Positions 20,832 through 31,943 of a stretch of DNA of 64,000 nucleotides are shown one piece after another; within the stretch, counting starts at the first letter, position 1, and every line of letters starts with the position of its first letter. The DNA is from Candidatus Eiseniibacteriota bacterium (lineage in GTDB: Bacteria; Eisenbacteria; RBG-16-71-46). The notes under the pieces are model-generated. The model saw nothing but the letters and a program-made list of their open reading frames with translations. It was not told the DNA's origin and did no database searches. Position numbers and translations under genes: made by a program. The stretch spans positions 224,001 to 288,000 of the forward strand of contig CAVZLN010000008.1 in NCBI GenBank assembly GCA_963776245.1. The letters run 5' to 3'.

Positions 20832-21506
20832 ATGCACCGAGACCTGAAGCTGAGCGTCGTCATCCCCTGCTACAACGAGGAGGAGGGAGTCCGCCTCGTC
20901 ATCGACCGGACTCCGAAGATCGTCGACGAGATCGTGGTGGTGGACAACAACTGCACCGACCGCACCGCGGAGGTCGCGCGTGCGCTCGGCGCCGTGGTGG
21001 TGGCGGAGAAGACCCCCGGCTACGGCGCGGCCTACAAGCGTGGGCTGAATGCCGCCACCGGCGACATCATCATCACGTTCGACGGCGATGGCACCTACCC
21101 GCCCGAGGACATCCCACGCCTGGTGGATGAACTGGTGGACAGGAACTGGGACTTCCTCTCGGCGTCGCGCTTCCCGCTGGTGGATCCGAAGGCCATGCCG
21201 TTCACGAACCGGCTCGGCAACTGGGTGCTCACGATCGCCGCCGCGGTGCTGTTCTTCAAGCCCATCCGCGACAGCCAGTCGGGGATGTGGGTGTTCAAGC
21301 GCGCCATGCTCGGCCGCCTGAAGCTGACGTCCGACGGGATGGCGTTCAGCGAGGAGATCAAGCTCGAAGCCCTGATGCGCGGCCTGCGATTCGGGGAAGG
21401 GCACATCCCCTACGGGGCCCGCGTCGGTGAGGTGAAGCTCGAGAAGTGGAAGGACGGCTGGGAGAATCTCGCGTTCCTCGTCCGCAAGCGTTTCGGAGCG
21501 GTATGA
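20832..21506 (+). CDS. GT2, DPM1-like
   Basis: VVIPCYNEE, VDNNCTD, GYGAA, FDGDGTYP, DSQSGM. Confidence 0.9.
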   Translation: MHRDLKLSVVIPCYNEEEGVRLVIDRTPKIVDEIVVVDNNCTDRTAEVARALGAVVVAEKTPGYGAAYKRGLNAATGDIIITFDGDGTYPPEDIPRLVDELVDRNWDFLSASRFPLVDPKAMPFTNRLGNWVLTIAAAVLFFKPIRDSQSGMWVFKRAMLGRLKLTSDGMAFSEEIKLEALMRGLRFGEGHIPYGARVGEVKLEKWKDGWENLAFLVRKRFGAV

Positions 21507-22942
21507 GCCGGATGGAGCGCCGCGCGGACTCGGTGGCCCGCGAGCCTCGCGACATCCTCCCCGTCGTGCTGGGCGTGCTGGTGGTGCTGGCCGCGGGCCT
21601 GATGGCCGGGCTCCAGTACGCCGCCCCGGACAAACGCGTGATCGCCGTGATCGCTGCGATGCTGATGTTCGGCATCGCGTGGCGGATCGACATGACGTCG
21701 GGCATCGGGCTGCTGGTGTTCGCGCTCCCCTTCCCCCGCGGCACGGTGTTCGGCAACACCAACTTCGCCCTCATCCTGCTCCTGCTCGTCATCTGGCTGC
21801 TGCGCACCTCCCAGCGCCAGAGCCCCGCGCTGCGCCGAACCCCGATCGACGCGCCCCTCGGCGCGTTCGTGATCGTCTGGATCGTGTCCTTCTACAACAT
21901 CCAGCGCCCCGAGATCCTGAAGCCGGCGCTCCTGAACACCCAGTTGCTGGTCGCCTGCATCCTGATGTTCTACCTGATCGTGAGCAACGTGCGGACCGAG
22001 CGCGACCTCCAGCGGCTGCACGCCTTCCAGCTCGTGTCGCTCACGGCCGTGGCGCTGGTCGGGGTCTACGAGCTCACCACGCCCGGCGCCTCGCTCTTCC
22101 CGGGCTGGATCTACTTCCCGGGCGCTTCGAGCGCGGAGATGGGCCTCCACAACTTCCGCATCGGCGGCCCGTTCTTCGACTACGAACTGTTCGGGGAGTA
22201 CGCCGCCGTCAACCTGCCGCTGGCGGTGTTCGCGTTCACGCGCGCGCGCAGCATGCTGCTGCGCGTGGCGACCGGCGGTGTGGCCCTGCTCACCATCTTC
22301 ATCCTGTTCGCCACGGTGACCCGCGGGGCCATGATGGCGCTGGGCGCTGGCGTCCTCTATCTCACCTGGATCGTGCGCCGGCGTCTCCGCGTGGTGCCGT
22401 TCACGATCGTCCTCGCCGCCCTCGTGGTGGGCTTCCTCGCCATGGACTTCTTCGTCGCGAACTACACCCGCTCGGGCTCCATGCTGGAGCGGCTGGTCGG
22501 CACCGAGTTCAAGGGCCTCGTGCCGGAAAGCCGCGAGCGGGCGTGGCGGGACGGCTGGGACCGCTTCCTGCTCCATCCCATCCTCGGGCATGGCCCGTTC
22601 TACGCCGGGCAGATCGGGACGCGCACCTATTTCTGGCCGCACAGCGGCTACCTGCTGATCGCCAACCTGGTGGGCTCGGTGGGACTCGGGTTCTTCCTCT
22701 GGCTGCTGTTCCGGCTGTGGCAGTGCACGCGGCCGTCCGTGGACACCCTCGATGATCCGTCCTATGCGCGCTCCTACCTGGTGATCGCGCACACCCAGCT
22801 CATCATCTTCATGGCGGACCAGATCAAGATCGAGTTCCTGAGGAATCCCAGCTATCAGTTCCAGGTGTGGATGTACTTCGCGATCTGGGTGTCGGCGTAT
22901 TTCGTGGCGCGCTCGCTCCCCGCATCGCCGAGCGGCCGGTGA
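21503..22942 (+). CDS. O-antigen ligase / Wzy-like polymerase
   Basis: Polytopic; TVTRGA, R..AW, HPILGHG, PHSGYL (Wzy_C pattern); ATG overlaps upstream TGA. Confidence 0.8.
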   Translation: MSRMERRADSVAREPRDILPVVLGVLVVLAAGLMAGLQYAAPDKRVIAVIAAMLMFGIAWRIDMTSGIGLLVFALPFPRGTVFGNTNFALILLLLVIWLLRTSQRQSPALRRTPIDAPLGAFVIVWIVSFYNIQRPEILKPALLNTQLLVACILMFYLIVSNVRTERDLQRLHAFQLVSLTAVALVGVYELTTPGASLFPGWIYFPGASSAEMGLHNFRIGGPFFDYELFGEYAAVNLPLAVFAFTRARSMLLRVATGGVALLTIFILFATVTRGAMMALGAGVLYLTWIVRRRLRVVPFTIVLAALVVGFLAMDFFVANYTRSGSMLERLVGTEFKGLVPESRERAWRDGWDRFLLHPILGHGPFYAGQIGTRTYFWPHSGYLLIANLVGSVGLGFFLWLLFRLWQCTRPSVDTLDDPSYARSYLVIAHTQLIIFMADQIKIEFLRNPSYQFQVWMYFAIWVSAYFVARSLPASPSGR

Positions 22943-24297
22943 GCGCGCGCGCGGCGCTCCAGCGCCTCGCCATCCCGCTCAAGCGCAGCGCGCTCGGCGA
23001 GGATCTGGTGCGGCGGAACCCGCTCTGGTACCCGGCCGCGGCGCGGCACTTCACGCGGCTGCTCGCCGCGCCGCTCGAGCAGCGGCGCGTCTGGGACGCG
23101 CGCGCCCTGCAGCGCGCGCTGGCACGCGCCGCGCGCACGCCGTACGGCCGGCGCGTCGGCGGCGGGGCGGACCTCGCGTCGTGGCCGCTGCTCGCGCCCG
23201 CCACGGTGCGGGATGCGCCCGGCGAGGTGATGCATCCCGGTCCGCTCTCGCTCCCCGCGGCGACGGGAGGCACGACCGGCGTGCCGCTGCCCCTGGTCCG
23301 CTCGCCCCGCTCCGTCGCGGTGGAGCAGGCGGCCATCGACCACCTGCTGCGCGCGCACGGCGTGGACCCGCGACGCGCGCGCGTCTGCGTGCTGCGCGGG
23401 GACGACGTAAAGGACCCGGCCGACCGCACGGCGCCGTTCTGGGTGGATGCCTCCGACGGCCGGCGCCGCATCTTCTCGTCCAACCACCTCGCGGCCGACA
23501 CCGTGACGGCCTACGTCGAATCGCTGGTCGCCTTCCGCGCCGACTACTGGTGGGTGTACCCGAGCGCGCTCGAGTCGCTGCTGCGACGGATGACCGCGGC
23601 CGGTCTCCGGGCGACCGTGCCCTTGTTGCTGGCGTCCTCCGAACGACTGTCGCCGGCGGTGAACCGCCAGGCGCGCGCCGCCCTCGGCTGCGCCGTGATC
23701 GACTACTACGGCCAGGCCGAGCGCGTGGCGTTCGCGTGGTGCGAGGACCCGGGGACGTGGCGGTTCCTGCCCGGGTACGCCCACGTCGAACTGGTGCCGC
23801 ATCCGGATTCGGGCGACGGCCTCCGCTACGAGATCGTGGGCACGCCGTTCTGGAACGCGAGCATGCCGCTGGTGCGATATCGCACCGGTGACCTGGTGCG
23901 GTTCGACACCGCGCCCGATGCCGCGGCGCTGGAGGAGATCGCCCTCGGGGTCCGGGCGTTCCCGGGCGTGCTCGGTCGCGACGGCGACATCCTGGTGGCC
24001 CCGGACGGCACCCATCTCACCGGCATCGACCACTTCCACCGCGGCGTGGACCGCGTGATGCGGATCCAGGTGGTCCACGAGCGCCCCGACCTCGTCCTCG
24101 TCCGGGTCCTGCCCGCCGCCGGCTTCGGAGCGCCGGAGCGCGCCGCGATCCTCGCCAACGCCCGCCGGAAGCTCCCCCCTTCGATGCGGGTCGAGGTGGA
24201 GCTGGCCGACGTCCTGGAGCGCACCGCGCTCGGCAAGACGCCCTTCGTGCTGCGCCGGCCCGGGGTCCCGGGGCCGTCGCACGGCGTCGCGCGATGA
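22939..24297 (+). CDS. Phenylacetate-CoA ligase family protein (CapK-like)
   Basis: TGGTTGVP loop, [28 protein letters not shown]. Confidence 0.85.
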   Translation: MSARAALQRLAIPLKRSALGEDLVRRNPLWYPAAARHFTRLLAAPLEQRRVWDARALQRALARAARTPYGRRVGGGADLASWPLLAPATVRDAPGEVMHPGPLSLPAATGGTTGVPLPLVRSPRSVAVEQAAIDHLLRAHGVDPRRARVCVLRGDDVKDPADRTAPFWVDASDGRRRIFSSNHLAADTVTAYVESLVAFRADYWWVYPSALESLLRRMTAAGLRATVPLLLASSERLSPAVNRQARAALGCAVIDYYGQAERVAFAWCEDPGTWRFLPGYAHVELVPHPDSGDGLRYEIVGTPFWNASMPLVRYRTGDLVRFDTAPDAAALEEIALGVRAFPGVLGRDGDILVAPDGTHLTGIDHFHRGVDRVMRIQVVHERPDLVLVRVLPAAGFGAPERAAILANARRKLPPSMRVEVELADVLERTALGKTPFVLRRPGVPGPSHGVAR

Positions 24298-25316
24298 CCT
24301 CGGTGCGGGGGTTCGCGCCCGCGGATCGCGGACGCTGGGACGCCTATGTGGCCGGCGCCCCGGGCGCCCACTTCGCCCAGCGCGCAGCGTGGAAGGACGT
24401 GACCGAGCGCGGCTACGGCGCGCGCGCACGCTGGTGGCTGGCCGAGCGCGAGGGACGGGTGACGGGCGTGCTGCCGTTGTTCGAGGCGCGCGGGCTCACC
24501 GGCGAGCGGCGGCTGTTCTCGGCGCCCGGGGGGCTGCTCGCGGACGACGCGTCCACCGCGGCGGGCCTGCTCGAGCCGGCACGCGAGGCCGTCGCCCGCG
24601 AGGGCCACGCCCTGCTGGAACTGCGCGACCAGCGCCATCGTTGGCCCGGGCTCGTCACCGTCGAGGAGCACGTGACCATGGAGCTCGCGCTCCCGCCCGA
24701 CCCCGCGATGTTGTGGAAGGCGTTCGACGCCAAGCTGCGCAATCAGATCCGCAAGGGCGAGAAGTCGGGCCTCACAGCGCGTTGGGGCCGCGATGGCGCC
24801 GCGTTCCACCGCGTGCTGCTCGAGAACATGCGCGACCTCGGCACCCCGATCCTGGGGCCGGAGTACTTCCGCGGCGTGCTGGACGCGTACGGCGAGGACG
24901 CGGGCGTGCTGGTGGTCGAGGCCGGGGGCGAGCCGGCCGGCACCATGTTCGTGATCGAGCATGCCGGCGTGGCGGCCGACCCATGGGCGTCGTCGCTGCG
25001 CCGCTTCTTCGCGCTCTGCCCCAATCAGGTGGTCTACTGGGAGGCGCTCCGGCGCGCCATCGCGCGGGGGATGACCCGCTTCGACTTCGGCCGCAGCCAG
25101 CCGGGGTCGGGCACGTTCCGATTCAAGGAACAGTGGCTCGCGCGGCCGGTCCCGCTGTACTACCAGTACGTGCTGGGCTCCGCGGCGCGGCCCCCCACGC
25201 TGGAGGACCAGAAGCATGCGTTCGCGCTCGCGGTGCGGCTCTGGCAGCACCTGCCCGTGCCGGTCGCGGGGACGCTGGGGCGGCAGGTGAAGCGCCTGTT
25301 CCCCGAGGCGCTGTGA
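24294..25316 (+). CDS. FemAB-related GNAT protein (type found in EPS/PEP-CTERM loci)
   Basis: [37 protein letters not shown]. Confidence 0.85.
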   Translation: MTSVRGFAPADRGRWDAYVAGAPGAHFAQRAAWKDVTERGYGARARWWLAEREGRVTGVLPLFEARGLTGERRLFSAPGGLLADDASTAAGLLEPAREAVAREGHALLELRDQRHRWPGLVTVEEHVTMELALPPDPAMLWKAFDAKLRNQIRKGEKSGLTARWGRDGAAFHRVLLENMRDLGTPILGPEYFRGVLDAYGEDAGVLVVEAGGEPAGTMFVIEHAGVAADPWASSLRRFFALCPNQVVYWEALRRAIARGMTRFDFGRSQPGSGTFRFKEQWLARPVPLYYQYVLGSAARPPTLEDQKHAFALAVRLWQHLPVPVAGTLGRQVKRLFPEAL

Positions 25317-25351
25317 CGGCGCGCCACGGCGCGCCGGGGAAGGTGGACGAT

Positions 25352-25852
25352 ATGAGGATCACGGGCCGGACCGACCGCCGGGAATACGAGCGTCGCATCG
25401 CGCCCCGCAGCCTGCTGCGCGTGTTCTGGCAGAAGCAGCTCCACATGATCGCGCGCTTCTGCATCCCCGGCGAGCCGCGCGTGGCGCTCTACCGCGCGAT
25501 GGGCATGGAGATCGGCCGTCACGTCTACATCGGGATGGACAGCTGGCTCGACGACCAGTTCCCCGAGCTCATCCGCATCGAGGACGACGTCGTGATCTCG
25601 TTCCGCGTCACGGTCGTCGTGCACGACGACGCGCGGCGCATGGACCGCATCGAGCCCGGCCAGCTCGAGGGCACGGTGGCGCCGGTGGTGCTGAAGCGCG
25701 GCTGCTACCTGGGGGCGGGCGCGCTGGTGCTGCCCGGCATCACGGTGGGCGAGCGCGCGGTGGTGGCGGCGGGCGCGGTGGTGACCCGCGACGTGCCACC
25801 GGGGACGGTGGTGGCGGGAGTGCCCGCCCGCGTCATCCGGGAACTCGCGTGA
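25352..25852 (+). CDS. Hexapeptide-repeat acyltransferase
   Basis: ATG at 25352 in ORF 24389..25852; [14 protein letters not shown]...[10 protein letters not shown]...VAGVPAR. Confidence 0.85.
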   Translation: MRITGRTDRREYERRIAPRSLLRVFWQKQLHMIARFCIPGEPRVALYRAMGMEIGRHVYIGMDSWLDDQFPELIRIEDDVVISFRVTVVVHDDARRMDRIEPGQLEGTVAPVVLKRGCYLGAGALVLPGITVGERAVVAAGAVVTRDVPPGTVVAGVPARVIRELA

Positions 25853-27879
25853 GACGCCTGCCCCCGGTGGTGCCGCTGCTCACGGCCGGGGTGGTCGTCG
25901 GGTGGCTGCTGCCGGGGACTCCCGGGGCGTGGGGGGTGTTCCCGTTGCTGGGCTTCTTCCCCGGACTCGCGGCGGCCCGGCTGCTGCCGCTCGAGAGCGG
26001 TGCGCTCGCGCGCTGGGCGCTGGGGCTGGCGGCCTCCCCGCTGGTGGCCACGGTGGCGGCGCTGGCGCTGGTGGGGGCCGGTCTGCCGCTGCCGGCCGCG
26101 GGGCGCGTGGTGGCCGCGCTGGCGTGGGCGCTGTGGGTGGCGCTCGAATGGCGCGCCTCCCGTCCAGCCGCCGGCCCGCCGGCCGGGCCCGAACGCTTCC
26201 TGTGGGCCTGGGCCATCGGCGGCGCGCTGGTGGTCGCGATCGTGATGTTCGCGAATCCCCACCTGCGGCTGCGGGGGGACGCGTGGGTGCACGGGGGCAT
26301 CGTGTGGGAGATCATCGAGCGGGGCCTCCCGCCCCAGGACCCGCGCTTCGCCGGGCTCACCCTCAACTACGTATGGTGTTTCAACTGCTTCGTCGCATTG
26401 CTCGCCACGCTGCGCGGCGGCGATCCGTTCACCTTCATGGCGATCTCGAACGCCGCCAGCCTGTTCGCCGTCCTCGCGCTCGGGGCGCTGCTCGCGCGCG
26501 CGGTGTGGGGCGGGGCGCGCGCCGCGGTGGGCGGCGCGGTGCTGCTCGGCCTCGCGTACAACGCCGGGGTCTGGATGCTGTGGCCCCTGCGGCTGGTGCG
26601 CGCGTTCGTGGGCCACGACCGCGGCCCCGCCGCGCTGGCGAGCGAGTTCGCCCAGAGCCACTGGAGCGACGCGCTGGTCATCTTCTCGCTCAACGCGCCG
26701 TTCTCGTTCATGGCGAGCTTCCTCGACAAGTTCCTCCACGGCACGGCGATCAATATCGCCTACGCGATGATGCTGGTGTACCTGTGGGCGATGGTGCGGG
26801 CGCTCGACGGGGCGCGGTGGGCGGCCTGGGGGTGGGGGGCGGCCGCGGTGAGCGCGATGCTGCTGTTCCACGGGGTGGTCGGGCTGTCCGTGGCCCCGGT
26901 GGCGATCGGCACGCTGGCGCTGGCGTGGGTGCTCGCCGGGCGGCTGCCGTGGCTGCCCGCGCGCGCGCGCCTGGCGTCCTTCGCGGTCGCCACCGGGGCG
27001 GGAGCGCTGCTCGCCACGCCCTACACGCTGGCGATCTCCCGCGGCTGGGCCTCGTCGAAGTCGGGGCTGAAGCACTCCTACCTGCACGTCGATCCCGCGA
27101 TGCTGTGGACCATCGTCACCGCGCTCGCGGTCGCGCTCTGGTTCGCCCGCGGGCCGCTCCGGCGCGTGGTCCGGGAACGACGCGGGGTCGCAGCGGTCCT
27201 GGCGCTCTACGCGGCCGGCATGATCGCGTTCGCGTGCGTCGTCTCGCTGCCGCTCGGGAATCACGTGAAGTTCGTGTTCCAGGCGTTCGCCGCGCTCGCG
27301 GTGCTGGGGAGCGTGGGATTCCATGATGAGCTCGCGGCGTGGCGCCGCGTCCTCGGCCGCGCGGGAGCGGCGGCGGTGTTCGCGCTGGTGCTGTGCGCTC
27401 CCGCGGCGCTCACCGTGCGCGGCTACCTGCTCGACCGCCCCGAGGCCGGCACCCCCGAGGCTCCCCGCGGCCCGGGCGAGGAGGCGCTCTACGCGTGGAT
27501 GCGGGAGAACCTCCCGGTGGACGCGGTGGTGGTGGATGACCGCTACCGCGCGCTGGTCATGGTCGAGGCGCGCCGGCAGATGCTGCTGGGGGACTTCTCG
27601 GGCCCGGAGCGCGCCGCCTATCCGCTCGACCAGGTGCTCGAGCGCCGCGCCGTGATGGCCGACCTGTACGGACCGGCCGACTCGCTGGAGCGCGACGTCG
27701 CGCTGCTCGCCCGACTGCATCGCCCCGCCTACGTGCTGGTGCGGGAATCCGACTTCGCGGCCCCGGGGTCGTCCCGGCCGCGGCTCGGAGCGCATCCGGA
27801 CCGGTTCGAAGGCGTCTACAGCCGCGACGGGTTCGTCGTCTATCATGTGAGCCGCCGTGTGGCCCCACCCACGCGATGA
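25849..27879 (+). CDS. Large polytopic membrane protein, probable GT-C fold
   Basis: Many TM segments, RGDAWVH loop, PQDP, C-terminal soluble domain starting [19 protein letters not shown]. Confidence 0.65.
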   Translation: MRRLPPVVPLLTAGVVVGWLLPGTPGAWGVFPLLGFFPGLAAARLLPLESGALARWALGLAASPLVATVAALALVGAGLPLPAAGRVVAALAWALWVALEWRASRPAAGPPAGPERFLWAWAIGGALVVAIVMFANPHLRLRGDAWVHGGIVWEIIERGLPPQDPRFAGLTLNYVWCFNCFVALLATLRGGDPFTFMAISNAASLFAVLALGALLARAVWGGARAAVGGAVLLGLAYNAGVWMLWPLRLVRAFVGHDRGPAALASEFAQSHWSDALVIFSLNAPFSFMASFLDKFLHGTAINIAYAMMLVYLWAMVRALDGARWAAWGWGAAAVSAMLLFHGVVGLSVAPVAIGTLALAWVLAGRLPWLPARARLASFAVATGAGALLATPYTLAISRGWASSKSGLKHSYLHVDPAMLWTIVTALAVALWFARGPLRRVVRERRGVAAVLALYAAGMIAFACVVSLPLGNHVKFVFQAFAALAVLGSVGFHDELAAWRRVLGRAGAAAVFALVLCAPAALTVRGYLLDRPEAGTPEAPRGPGEEALYAWMRENLPVDAVVVDDRYRALVMVEARRQMLLGDFSGPERAAYPLDQVLERRAVMADLYGPADSLERDVALLARLHRPAYVLVRESDFAAPGSSRPRLGAHPDRFEGVYSRDGFVVYHVSRRVAPPTR

Positions 27880-27895
27880 CCGGAGAACCAGGACC

Positions 27896-28630
27896 ATGAC
27901 CGAGTCCCCCCTGACGCGCCCCCCGCGATTGCTCGTCGTGATGCCCGCGCACGACGAGGAGGAGAGCGTCGGCACGACGCTCGAGCGCGTGCGCCTCGCG
28001 CTCCCGGAGGCCGACGTGGTGGTCGTGAATGACTACTCGAGCGACCGCACTACCGCGGTCGCCGAGGCGCATGGCGCCCGCGTGGTCGAATTGCCGTGCA
28101 ACCTCGGCTATGGGGGGGCGGTGCAGACCGGCTTCAAGTACGCGGTCGCCCACGGCTATGACGTGGTGATCCAGATGGACGCCGACGGGCAGCACGATCC
28201 CGGCTCCGCGCGCGCGCTGCTCGCGCCGGTGCTCGCGGGCGAGGCGGAGGTCGCGATCGGATCGCGCTTCCTGGGGCAGGCGAAGTACCGCATCCCGGGA
28301 CTGCGGCGCCTCGGCATGCAGGTGTTCGGCGGGATCGTCACGTTCGTCACCCGCCAGCGCTTCTCCGATCCGACCTCGGGGTTCCAGGCGCTCGACCGTC
28401 GCGTCGTCGAGTTCCTCGCGCGCGACCACTACCCTTCCGACTTCCCCGACGCCGACACCATCATCCTGCTCGCGCTGGCGGGATTCCGCGTGCGGGAAGT
28501 GCCCGTGACCATGGAGGCGCGCGTCGCCGGGACCTCGATGCACTCCAACCTGAAGGCGTTCTACTACGTCGCCAAGATGACGCTCTCGATCCTGATGGTG
28601 CTGCTGCGCCGCAAGCGACTGCGCGTGTGA
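27896..28630 (+). CDS. GT2, DPM1-like
   Basis: MPAHDEE, NLGYGGAVQTGFKYA, MDADGQHDP, DPTSGF. Confidence 0.9.
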   Translation: MTESPLTRPPRLLVVMPAHDEEESVGTTLERVRLALPEADVVVVNDYSSDRTTAVAEAHGARVVELPCNLGYGGAVQTGFKYAVAHGYDVVIQMDADGQHDPGSARALLAPVLAGEAEVAIGSRFLGQAKYRIPGLRRLGMQVFGGIVTFVTRQRFSDPTSGFQALDRRVVEFLARDHYPSDFPDADTIILLALAGFRVREVPVTMEARVAGTSMHSNLKAFYYVAKMTLSILMVLLRRKRLRV

Positions 28631-29505
28631 CCCCCGTGCACGCCGGCGCCATCACCTTCGATGTCGAGGACTGGTTCCACCCGGAATTGGTGCGTTCGCG
28701 CGCGCCCGCGGACGACCCGCGGTCGGTGGTGCACCAGGGCATCGGCGCGATCCTCGCCATGCTGGGGCGGCACTCCGTCCGCGGGACGTTCTTCGTGATG
28801 GGCGAGGTCGTGGCGCGCCATCCCGGCATCCTGCGCACACTCGAGGGCGCGGGGCACGAGATCGCCTGTCACGGCATGACCCACCGTGCGCTCTGGTCGC
28901 ACACCCCTCAGTCCCTCCGCGAGGAACTGAGGGAGTTCCGCCGCGTGGTGCGCGCCACGCTCGGGCACGACCGGGTGATCGGCTTCCGCGCCCCCACGTT
29001 CAGCCTCGATCGCTCCACCGCGTGGGCGATCGAGGTGCTGCGCGGGGAAGGTTTCCGCTACGATTCGAGCGTGTTCCCGGTGCGCGTGTACCTGTACGGC
29101 GTGGCGGGAGCGCCGCTCGGCATCTACCGGCCCGCGGCGGACGACATGGCGCGCCACGACGCGGGGGCCGCGCTGGTGGAGTTTCCGGTCGCCATCGGGA
29201 CGCTGGGGCCGCTGCGCCTGCCGGCGGCCGGCGGTTTCTACCTGCGCGCGCTGCCCTACGCGCTGCTCGCGGCGACGCTCGACCGCGTGGCGCGGGAGCG
29301 GCCGTTCTGTCTCTACCTGCACCCCTGGGAATGCGCGCCCGACGTGCCGCGCGTCCGGCTCTCGCCTGCCGACGCGTGGATCACCTATGTGGGACTCGGC
29401 TCGGTCATGGGCAAGCTCGACCGACTGCTCGGTCGCTATCGTTTCGACACCATGCGCGGGATCCTCGAGAGCGGGGGCCATCTCGCGCAGTCCCCGGAGG
29501 ACTGA
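28627..29505 (+). CDS. Polysaccharide deacetylase (DUF3473-type)
   Basis: TFDVEDWF, HEIACHGMTH, GFRAPTFS, YDSSVFP, GGFYLR, YLHPWE. Confidence 0.9.
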   Translation: MTPVHAGAITFDVEDWFHPELVRSRAPADDPRSVVHQGIGAILAMLGRHSVRGTFFVMGEVVARHPGILRTLEGAGHEIACHGMTHRALWSHTPQSLREELREFRRVVRATLGHDRVIGFRAPTFSLDRSTAWAIEVLRGEGFRYDSSVFPVRVYLYGVAGAPLGIYRPAADDMARHDAGAALVEFPVAIGTLGPLRLPAAGGFYLRALPYALLAATLDRVARERPFCLYLHPWECAPDVPRVRLSPADAWITYVGLGSVMGKLDRLLGRYRFDTMRGILESGGHLAQSPED

Positions 29506-29507
29506 TC

Positions 29508-29897
29508 ATGGTTCCCGTCCAGTTCTACACCGGCATCCAGCTGCGCACGCAGGTGTTCGCGTTCCTGCTCGGCGCCGGCCTGCTGCTGTTCGTCCTCGAC
29601 ACCGTGCGCCGCAAGCGGCTGCGCGAGCAGTACTCGCTGTTGTGGCTGCTCGCCTCGGCGGTGATGGCCCTGGCGGCGGTGTTCATCAAGAGCATCGAGC
29701 GCCTCTCCCACCTGGTGGGGATCTATTACCCCCCGGCGTTCCTGTTCCTGCTGGCGATCCTGCTGGTGCTGGTGCTCCAGTTCCACTTCTCGATCGTGAT
29801 CTCGAACCTGCGCGAGCAGAACAAGAGCCTCACGCAGGACCTCGGCCTGCTGGGCGCCGAACTGCGCGAGCTCCGACAGGCGCGGAAGCGCGAGTGA
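29508..29897 (+). CDS. DUF2304 family small membrane protein
   Basis: GGAGG RBS; VRRKRLREQYSLLWL, GIYYPP, C-terminal coiled coil LTQDLGLL. Confidence 0.8.
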   Translation: MVPVQFYTGIQLRTQVFAFLLGAGLLLFVLDTVRRKRLREQYSLLWLLASAVMALAAVFIKSIERLSHLVGIYYPPAFLFLLAILLVLVLQFHFSIVISNLREQNKSLTQDLGLLGAELRELRQARKRE

Positions 29898-29916
29898 GCG
29901 CTCCGGACGGCAGCGC

Positions 29917-30339
29917 GTGAGCGACCCGATCCGCCCTGCGGGCAGCCCGGGCGCCGCCCGTCTCATCGCGCGCCATCTGATCGGAGAGGAGCCGACCTCC
30001 GACGAGGTGGCGCGCTGGGTCCATGCGCTCGAGATCGCGGCGGCCCCGCTCGAACGGGCGCGCGACCAGCGGTTCTGGATGCTCGCGACGCGGTCGCAGC
30101 TCACGCTCGGCCTGGTGGACGCCGGGCTGGCGCTCACCGATCCGCACTCACCGGTGCGCCAGCGCATCGGTCTGATGCTCGCCATCCTCGAGGCCTCCCC
30201 GGCGCACGTGACGCGCTTCGAAGCGCGCGCGCGGTCCGGGGTGGAGCTCGTCGCGCTGGCGCCGCGCGCCGCCCTGGCGGTGCTCCGCTCGGCCGCCGGG
30301 CTGGCGCTGGTGCGCTCGTGGGGGGTGCTGTGGCGGTGA
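29917..30339 (+). CDS. Hypothetical protein
   Basis: Fills the operon gap; stop overlaps next GTG; coding-like codon use. Confidence 0.6.
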   Translation: MSDPIRPAGSPGAARLIARHLIGEEPTSDEVARWVHALEIAAAPLERARDQRFWMLATRSQLTLGLVDAGLALTDPHSPVRQRIGLMLAILEASPAHVTRFEARARSGVELVALAPRAALAVLRSAAGLALVRSWGVLWR

Positions 30340-31943
30340 TCCACGACCATGTCGTGGTGGGCTCGGGCATCACCGGCGCCGAGGCGGCGCACGCGCTGGT
30401 CGCCGGCGGCGCTCGCGTGCTGATGCTGGACGGCGGACGGCGCGAGACCACCTACGCGCCGATCATCCCGGAGCAGGACCACCTCACGCTCCGGGCCGCG
30501 GACGCCGCGCAACATCGCTACCTGCTGGGCGACCGCTTCGAAGGGGTGCCGTGGGGCGAGGCGGCGCACACCCTGACCCCGCCGCGGCAGCACATCATCC
30601 GCGACACCGACCACTGGCTGCCGTTCCAGGGCGACTTCGCGCGAATGGAGAGCCTCGCCTACGGCGGGCTCGGGGCCGGTTGGGGAGCCGGATGCGCGGT
30701 CTATACGCCTGCCGAGCTGGTGGCCGCCGGGTTCGACCCCGCGGTGATCGGACCGGCCTACGAGGCCGTGGGACGCCGCGTCGGGCTGGCCGCCGAGGCC
30801 GACGACGCCACGCCCTACTGCGCGCGCGGCCTCGTGACGCTGCAGCCGCCGCTGCGCATGGACGAGAGCATCGCCGCCCTGCACGCCGCCTACCAGCGCC
30901 GGCGCGACGCGCTGCGGGCCCGCGGCGTGGTGATGGGGAAGATGCCGATGGCGGTGCTCACGCGGCCCCACGACGACCGCGGCGCGAATCCCTACACCGA
31001 CATGGAATTCTGGGCCGACCACGCGCGGTCGGTCTACCGGCCATGGATGACCGTGGAAGCGCTCCGGCGCGCGCCGTCGTTCGAGTACCGGCCCGGCCGG
31101 CTGGTCACGCGCTTCGAGGAGACCGCCGATCACGTGGCAGTGCACGCACGCCGCCTCGACACCCTCGAGGACGAGGTCGTGCTCGCGCGCCGGCTGGTGC
31201 TCGGGACCGGGGCGCTCGGCAGCGCGCGTCTGGTGATGCGCTCCCAGCCCGGGCTCGAGCACCGGCCGCTGCTCACCAACGCTTATTGCATCGCCCCCTG
31301 CCTGCACCTGCGCCGCCTCGGCCGCCCGCTCGAACGCGCGCGCACCAGCCTCGGCCAGCTCGAGATGTTCCTCGACCCGCGCGGCGACGGCTCCGACGTG
31401 CGCATGGTGTCGCTCTACACCTACCGCTCGCTGCTGTTGTTCAAGCTCGTCAAGGAGCTGCCGTTCGCGCTCGCGGACGGGCTGCCGCTGATGCGCGCGC
31501 TGGCGCCGGCGCTCGTGCTCGCCACCATCAATCACCCCGACCACGCCGCGCCCGGCAAGGGCGTGCGTCGCGTGCGCGACGAGGCCTCGCCGACCGGCGA
31601 CGCGCTGCGCGCCGACTACGCCCGCACCGCGGAGGAGACGCGCGACGATGAGGCCTGCGAGCGCCGCATCGCGGGGGCGATGGCGACCCTCGGCGCCCCG
31701 GCGCTCAAGCGCCAGAAGATGCGCGCCGGCGCCACCGTGCACTACGCGGGCACGCTCCCGTTCGGGGACGGCGAGACGCCGGGCACGCTCGCGCCCGATG
31801 GCCGCCTCGCCGGCACCCGCCGGGTGTACGTCGCGGACGGCTCGGGGCTGCGGTTCCTGCCCGGCAACGGCCTCACGTTCACCCTCATGGCGTGGGCCCA
31901 CGTGGTGGGCCGCGACCTCGCGCGCCGGGGCGCGGACGCGTGA
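30336..31943 (+). CDS. GMC-type FAD oxidoreductase
   Basis: VVVGSGITG, GGLGAGWG, LGTGALGS, HYAGT, VYVADGS. Confidence 0.8.
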   Translation: MIHDHVVVGSGITGAEAAHALVAGGARVLMLDGGRRETTYAPIIPEQDHLTLRAADAAQHRYLLGDRFEGVPWGEAAHTLTPPRQHIIRDTDHWLPFQGDFARMESLAYGGLGAGWGAGCAVYTPAELVAAGFDPAVIGPAYEAVGRRVGLAAEADDATPYCARGLVTLQPPLRMDESIAALHAAYQRRRDALRARGVVMGKMPMAVLTRPHDDRGANPYTDMEFWADHARSVYRPWMTVEALRRAPSFEYRPGRLVTRFEETADHVAVHARRLDTLEDEVVLARRLVLGTGALGSARLVMRSQPGLEHRPLLTNAYCIAPCLHLRRLGRPLERARTSLGQLEMFLDPRGDGSDVRMVSLYTYRSLLLFKLVKELPFALADGLPLMRALAPALVLATINHPDHAAPGKGVRRVRDEASPTGDALRADYARTAEETRDDEACERRIAGAMATLGAPALKRQKMRAGATVHYAGTLPFGDGETPGTLAPDGRLAGTRRVYVADGSGLRFLPGNGLTFTLMAWAHVVGRDLARRGADA

